From the IMG/VR virus record IMGVR_UViG_3300042566_001780, positions 62,001 through 126,000 of that record: a stretch of DNA of 64,000 nt. The stretch is one strand, 5' to 3'. The translations under genes were made by a program, and so were the position numbers. Below are positions 58,959-64,000 of this stretch, piece after piece. Numbering within the stretch: the stretch's first letter is position 1; every line of letters begins with the position of its first letter. The notes under the pieces are model-generated. The model saw nothing but the letters and a program-made list of their open reading frames with translations, was not told the DNA's origin and did no database searches.

Positions 58959-59524
58959 CGAAATCAAAGAAAAAGTCAATGTTCGGGTGAAAGAACTTTT
59001 GGCCAAGGCAGCTGAGCTTTGGCCTGAGCACAAGGACCAGTTTGATGTTGTGCCAGTTGTTCGGTTTGACATCAAGTCGAAATTGGGTGGATTGGCTTAT
59101 TCTGGCGGCACTCTTGATTGGACCATTCGGCTCAATGTCATTCTTTGCTATGAGAATGAAGATCATTTCATTCAACAAACTGTTGGCCATGAAGTTGCTC
59201 ATTTGATCCAACGAAAAGTCTACGGGTTCACGAAGACTGTCATCATCAATGAAAAGCCCGTGACCAAAAAGGTTATGTCTCATGGTGTGGAATGGAAACA
59301 CGTCATGAGTGAACTTGGGTTGGCAGTTGAAAAAATTTCACTACTATAGTTTGAAATCTATTGAACAACCGAAGCGAAAGCGCCAAAAACGTGGTACAAT
59401 TATCACAGACCCGCTCAAGCTCGAGCAAATGTTGAAATCTATCAAGAATTCCTATCATCGACTTCCTGACGAAGCAAAGAAAGAGTTTGCAAGTTGGGTG
59501 GTTGAAGCCGATCAAATTATCTAA
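58915..59524 (+). pseudogene. SprT-like zinc metalloprotease with +1 frameshift in A6 run
   Basis: HEVAH, HGVEWK; removing one A at 59330-59335 joins it to FHYYSLK.. Confidence 0.65.
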
Positions 59525-59535
59525 GGATTATCAAA

Positions 59536-60891
59536 ATGTCTATTCAAAGTATTCAAAATTTTGTTGATGTCATCAAGGCTTGTGAGTCTGCAGGTGGTGC
59601 AGGTACCAAGGATATGATTAAACAAGCCATTCAAAAAATGGATGATGGTTGTCGTGTTTTGGTGAAATATGCAATGGATCCATTCCTCGTGTTTGGTGTA
59701 AAGAAATTTGATGATCCAGTTTCTTACAGCACAGAAAATACTTTGCACGTGACTGATGTCACTGAACTTCTGGACAAACTTGCATCTCGTCAATTGACCG
59801 GTAATGCAGCCCGTAACGCTGTTACTGAGTTGATGAGCATGTTTACTCAAGACACTGCTCAATACATTGCTCGAATTATTGGCAAAGATCTTCAAGCTGG
59901 TTTTTCTGCAGATACATACAACAAGGTCTGGAAGAAAGATCAAGTTCGCGTTTTTGATGTAATGCTTGCAGATAAATGCGAGACTGAAGAAGACTTTTCC
60001 GCCATCACTTTTCCTTGTATTTCGGACACCAAACTGGACGGAGAGAGAAATATTTGCTTCCAGTTGAAGGAAGAAAGCAACTTTGCCCCTGCTGGTTCTT
60101 CTTACCGTTCGCGAAGCGGCAAAGTTGCAGCCCATATGAATGGACTGTTTGATGAAGAACTTGCACGTATTCGTGAATATCTTGGATATGACTTTGTTCT
60201 GGATGGCGAACGCATGGCGTCTAACTATATTGAAACCATCAATGCTAAGAAGTCTGGTGTTGAAGGTGAAGAAGGCAAAAAGAATATGCGATTTCATGCA
60301 TTCTTCATTATGCCACTCACTGATTGGATGAATCAAAGTTGTCCTATCACCATGGAAGAAAATCGCCAAAATCTGCAAAAGATTCTTATGGAATGTGATT
60401 GCAAAAAGATCATCCTGTCTGATGCTATCATTGTCCGTGATTATGCCCACATGCTCGAGCATCTTGATGTAGTGACTACTCCTGGATATGACGGAATGCC
60501 TAATGGACAAGAGGGCCTTATTCTGAAACGTCCTGATGCTACATATCGTTGGGATCGTTCTCTTGATTGGTGCAAAGTCAAGAAGTTCTTTGATGCCGAT
60601 GCCCGCATTGTTAGTTGGGAATATGGCAAGAAGCGTCTTGCAAATACAATGGGGCGGGTGAATACTGTTGGCTTCCTTGAAGATGGCACCCGTTTTGAAG
60701 TCGCTGTCGGTTCTGGGTGGACTGACGAAATGCGAAAAGATGTGATGGAAAACTGGGATACCAAATGGAAAGATGCCACCATTACTATCAAGTACCAAGA
60801 AGTCTCCAAAAGCAAGAATAAAGAAGTTTGCTCGCTGCGGTTTCCTACTTTCTTCCGTGGTCCTCGCGACGACAAGTTCATTGAAATCTGA
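59536..60891 (+). CDS. ATP-dependent DNA ligase
   Basis: KLDGER, SRSG, LDGE, EGLILK, WCKVK, SLRFP. Confidence 0.93.
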   Translation: MSIQSIQNFVDVIKACESAGGAGTKDMIKQAIQKMDDGCRVLVKYAMDPFLVFGVKKFDDPVSYSTENTLHVTDVTELLDKLASRQLTGNAARNAVTELMSMFTQDTAQYIARIIGKDLQAGFSADTYNKVWKKDQVRVFDVMLADKCETEEDFSAITFPCISDTKLDGERNICFQLKEESNFAPAGSSYRSRSGKVAAHMNGLFDEELARIREYLGYDFVLDGERMASNYIETINAKKSGVEGEEGKKNMRFHAFFIMPLTDWMNQSCPITMEENRQNLQKILMECDCKKIILSDAIIVRDYAHMLEHLDVVTTPGYDGMPNGQEGLILKRPDATYRWDRSLDWCKVKKFFDADARIVSWEYGKKRLANTMGRVNTVGFLEDGTRFEVAVGSGWTDEMRKDVMENWDTKWKDATITIKYQEVSKSKNKEVCSLRFPTFFRGPRDDKFIEI

Positions 60892-60893
60892 TC

Positions 60894-61175
60894 ATGGAAC
60901 CAATCAAAGCTGGCGATCTTTGTGAAGTCATTTCTGGACTAGGTCGACACAAGAGCCCTAATCTTGGTCTTTTTGTGAAAGCCATTTCAACTGTTGGTGA
61001 TCATTCACTATATGGAAGAGTGTGGCGTTGTGAAGGACCACATGTGCAGCAATTGACAGACACTGGTACTTATCAGGTGACTGGTTGGGCAGATTTCCCA
61101 GTCACTTGGCTGCGCAAAATCAAGCCTGATGAAAATGTTGGTGTGAAAGACGAAAAACTTGAGAATTCAGTGTAG
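60894..61175 (+). CDS. hypothetical protein
   Basis: KAGDLC..WLRKI motif. Confidence 0.55.
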   Translation: MEPIKAGDLCEVISGLGRHKSPNLGLFVKAISTVGDHSLYGRVWRCEGPHVQQLTDTGTYQVTGWADFPVTWLRKIKPDENVGVKDEKLENSV

Positions 61176-61184
61176 AATAGATAC

Positions 61185-61376
61185 ATGAACAAAATCATGT
61201 CTTTCATTGAAGAATGGTGGATGATTCCTCCTATTATTTTCGTCATTCTTCAACTCTTCATCACTGTCCCTCAAGCTGTGTTGATGATCGCGGGATTGAT
61301 TGGATTTGCGATTGCACTCGCAATCATTGTAGCTATGATGATTACCATCAAATGGCTACTTAGCAAATGCTTTTAG
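61185..61376 (+). CDS. small two-TM protein
   Basis: Hydrophobic; TAGAAT 6 nt before the ATG. Confidence 0.5.
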   Translation: MNKIMSFIEEWWMIPPIIFVILQLFITVPQAVLMIAGLIGFAIALAIIVAMMITIKWLLSKCF

Positions 61377-61751
61377 CCGCAGATAGAGCAATAATGCAAA
61401 ACATCTTGCATGCTGTTCAGAGAAAAATTCAGGAGTGTGAACTGATTTTTCTCCTACCTTAAAAGCAGAAATCCAACCGGTTTGGTTAACCGATAAACTG
61501 AAGGGAGCATAGTTTATTAGGCTTAATTTGTAGTCTTGCTCAAGCCGACTGATAGCATTTAAATCAGTAGTGTAGTTTTCATTACTAGATCTAAATGCAA
61601 AAGTGCGGAAGAATTCATTTAGCGAATTCTTCCGCATTGCTGTTTCCCATTCGCTAACAAGATAGTCTACAGATTCTATGAGCAAAGAATTCCATTCTTG
61701 CTCAGGATTTCTTCGGCGATCTGATAGATGAATGACATTGCTCATAATCAA
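61356..61751 (-). CDS. hypothetical protein
   Basis: MSNVIHL start, coupled to the phosphoesterase. Confidence 0.55.
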   Translation of the reverse strand: MIMSNVIHLSDRRRNPEQEWNSLLIESVDYLVSEWETAMRKNSLNEFFRTFAFRSSNENYTTDLNAISRLEQDYKLSLINYAPFSLSVNQTGWISAFKVGEKSVHTPEFFSEQHARCFALLLYLRLKAFAK

Positions 61752-62545
61752 ACATTGACAAATTTAGGTGACAAATGGTACTGATTGAAATCAGTATTCC
61801 ATTCAGAACGATATCCACAAGGGTTGCAAATGACTCTAGTACCATGCACTACTTGATCCACAGTATCATGCGTATGTCCAAAAACCCAAAGATCAGGTTT
61901 CATTTCAAGCAAGTGATCACACGGGCTCGCAAACCCTCCATCGATTTCATTACCAAATCGGGGGTGACAAAGACTCACAGATGGCATGTGGTGAGTGATG
62001 ACTATAGTCTTCTTATCCTTTGCTTTTAGATCGTTCCCCAAAAGACCTGACATTCTCTTAAATTCTTCAATCATAAAGTGAATAGAGAATTTTTGATCAT
62101 CAACGCGAATCAACCTGAAATCATTCAGTGCCCGCGACACCATAATTTGCTCAAGTGGAGTACTTCCTCCATATGACCACAGCGTAGTTATCAGAAAGTC
62201 AACATCTTCAAAGGTATATTTCAGATAACCCAAGGCCTCCTCAGAGTAAGGAGTTACGGTGTTTGAAAGGGTATTATCAAAGCTTGCAAAAATACCATTC
62301 AGCTCATGATAATCATGGCGATAGTACTCATGGTTGCCAGGTACAAAAATGACTTTCTTAAACCGACGCTCTGCTTGCTCAAGAAAATCGTGAAGCAAAT
62401 CTACATCTGAGCAAATATCACCTGCTAAAATTAGGACAGACTCTTTGTCTTTTTCTTCAAGCGGCAGAAATCTTTCCACGAGAAGAGGAATTGGCATAGA
62501 AGAAAAACCTTCAAGATGAAGGTCTGATGCTACTCGTAGTTTCAT
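61748..62545 (-). CDS. calcineurin-like metallophosphoesterase
   Basis: SDLH, LAGD, PGNHE, THH, GHTH, NPxGY. Confidence 0.9.
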   Translation of the reverse strand: MKLRVASDLHLEGFSSMPIPLLVERFLPLEEKDKESVLILAGDICSDVDLLHDFLEQAERRFKKVIFVPGNHEYYRHDYHELNGIFASFDNTLSNTVTPYSEEALGYLKYTFEDVDFLITTLWSYGGSTPLEQIMVSRALNDFRLIRVDDQKFSIHFMIEEFKRMSGLLGNDLKAKDKKTIVITHHMPSVSLCHPRFGNEIDGGFASPCDHLLEMKPDLWVFGHTHDTVDQVVHGTRVICNPCGYRSEWNTDFNQYHLSPKFVNV

Positions 62546-62546
62546 T

Positions 62547-62708
62547 TCAATCGTCTCTTTTTGAAAGATCTGTCCAAGATTTGAACTTTTGTTTTAATTC
62601 CAAGAAAACACCTGGCTCATTTAGCCTTGGGAACATAGCAAGAATAGCTAGACCTATACGCCTAGCTAAGATTTTTCTCTTTGAGTCTTCGAAGTCATAG
62701 ATGGCCAT
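62547..62708 (-). CDS. 53-aa hypothetical protein (not in ORF track)
   Basis: MAIYDFEDSKRKILARR..; CTAAATAG at 62733-62740 (minus). Confidence 0.45.
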   Translation of the reverse strand: MAIYDFEDSKRKILARRIGLAILAMFPRLNEPGVFLELKQKFKSWTDLSKRDD

Positions 62709-62870
62709 GAAGTTTGATTCTAACTTATCTGTCTATTTAGGTGTTACATGCTGATACCACTTTGTTTTGGTTCAGACCCTAAGATTGTTATATAATTCAT
62801 TCATACACTAAAACAAACAAGTTATCTAGTGTATGAAACCTCAACTTTTTAACTTTTGGAAATTTTGAAA

Positions 62871-63371
62871 ATGACCACTACCTTTGAAGCCGCGCTGAAG
62901 CAAGCTGGTGTTAGCGTTCCCTCTCAACAAGAACGTGTGTGGCGTGTGATTAAGGATCATCCTGGTATCACGGCAAAGCGCATTTCGTCCATCACCAACA
63001 TTGATCAGGCGCAAGTCAGTTCTTACTGCTCTCTCATGCTGGCACGAAAAATGCTGGAAGTGGCTTATATCCCCATGCACCTGCGGTTGGGTCGTGGTCA
63101 CGGTATCAAAAATGTGTCTACTTTCAAGGTGACTCAGCAACAATACGAAGTTCTGCCCAAAGTTGAAGCAGAAAAGGAAGTGGTCAAGGGTAAGGGCCAA
63201 TGCTCTGAAGTGAAAATCATTCACCCCACGACCCCCGTTGAACAGCAAAAGGCCCCGCAGATTGCAAAGCGCGAATCTGAAGAACATTGGAAAGCTGATG
63301 TTGAATCCATGACGGTGGCAGAAGCTCGTGCTCTCTACAACGTGCTCCACAAAATGTTCGGCGCAAACTAA
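62871..63371 (+). CDS. winged-HTH DNA-binding protein (early)
   Basis: VWRVIKDHPGITAKRIS..QVSSYCSLM; early motif at 62791. Confidence 0.65.
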   Translation: MTTTFEAALKQAGVSVPSQQERVWRVIKDHPGITAKRISSITNIDQAQVSSYCSLMLARKMLEVAYIPMHLRLGRGHGIKNVSTFKVTQQQYEVLPKVEAEKEVVKGKGQCSEVKIIHPTTPVEQQKAPQIAKRESEEHWKADVESMTVAEARALYNVLHKMFGAN

Positions 63372-63477
63372 TTCTTTCTTCTCCTGCTATTTTGCAAAAT
63401 AGCAGGAGAAAGTTGACAAAAATGATTTAAAATTCAACCTAGATCATTTCTCTCAATTCAATTTAGGAAACTACATC

Positions 63478-64000
63478 ATGGACATCGATCGCAAACTTGC
63501 CACTCTTCGCATTATTGACGACATTATTCCAATTGAAAAAGCTGACGCTATTGAATGCGCGGTTATCGGTGGTTGGAAAGTGGTTGTGAAGAAAAACACA
63601 TTCAAACCTGGTGACACCGCGCTTTACATTGAAATTGATGCATTCCTTCCTGAAGGAAATCCCGCTTGGCAGTTTCTTGTTGACAAGCAATCTCGCATTT
63701 TCAATGGTGTTAAGGGACATCAACTCCGCACCATTCGGCTGCGCGGTCAAATTTCTCAAGGCCTCATCCTACCTATTCATGAAATTAAGGAAGTTCAAGC
63801 AACCATTGACTTTGAAACTAATAGTGAAAAGTTGTTTGAAATGGACTTTGGACCAGTACTTGGCATTACCAAGTATGAAGCACCACTTCCGGCTGCATTG
63901 AGCGGTAAAGCTCTGGGCTTGTTCCCATCTTACATTCGTAAGACTGATGAGCCACGGTGCCAAAACATGGTTGGCGATATTTTTGGCTATGACCATCAAG
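63478..64000 (+). CDS. RNA ligase, DRB0094/Rnl5 family, 3'-truncated by window edge
   Basis: MDIDRKLATLRII..ADAIE..GWKVVVKK..YIEIDAFLP..LRGQISQGL..FPSYIRKTDE. Confidence 0.85.
   Translation, partial: MDIDRKLATLRIIDDIIPIEKADAIECAVIGGWKVVVKKNTFKPGDTALYIEIDAFLPEGNPAWQFLVDKQSRIFNGVKGHQLRTIRLRGQISQGLILPIHEIKEVQATIDFETNSEKLFEMDFGPVLGITKYEAPLPAALSGKALGLFPSYIRKTDEPRCQNMVGDIFGYDHQ

Noticed and set aside
59521-60798. 425-aa antisense ORF, and similar minus-strand ORFs such as 57054..57743, 5216..5755 and 26704..27345
   Set aside because: Shadows of well-supported plus-strand genes, with no motifs or RBS
63413-63418. TTGACA -35 box before the RNA ligase gene
   Set aside because: No -10 hexamer at 16-18 bp spacing
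1-64000. Stop-codon reassignment or tRNA genes
   Set aside because: Core genes are intact in the standard code, and no cloverleaf or T-loop pattern was noticed by eye in the intergenic gaps (tRNAscan not run)

Overview
64 kb segment of a large, AT-rich T4-superfamily-like (probably jumbo) myophage genome; no host chromosomal genes are evident. From left to right: (1) a resolvase, a divergent PolA-like ORF, baseplate-hub genes and a tape measure. (2) The head module: portal gp20, protease gp21, core/scaffold and major capsid gp23. (3) A late cluster of probable internal head proteins, including four LRR-like repeat paralogs. (4) A terminase large subunit broken into THREE genes joined by two atypically split inteins, one split holding a free-standing Vsr-like homing endonuclease. 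(5) A ~12 kb early region with about 16 short paralogs built on one three-helix scaffold with hypervariable loops and translationally coupled junctions. (6) gp32, uvsX (also fractured by a split intein plus endonuclease, with an HTH-like segment on the C-intein), uvsY, uvsW, nrdA (cis mini-intein), nrdB and glutaredoxin. (7) GH19 endolysin and holin-like gene, dCMP deaminase, a miniature two-gene DnaE-type polymerase, GroES, clamp loader, DNA ligase and RNA ligase. A (C/A/T)TAAATAG late-promoter motif and a TANAATTCATYCAT early motif recur. All assignments come from motif recognition by eye; no database searches were run.
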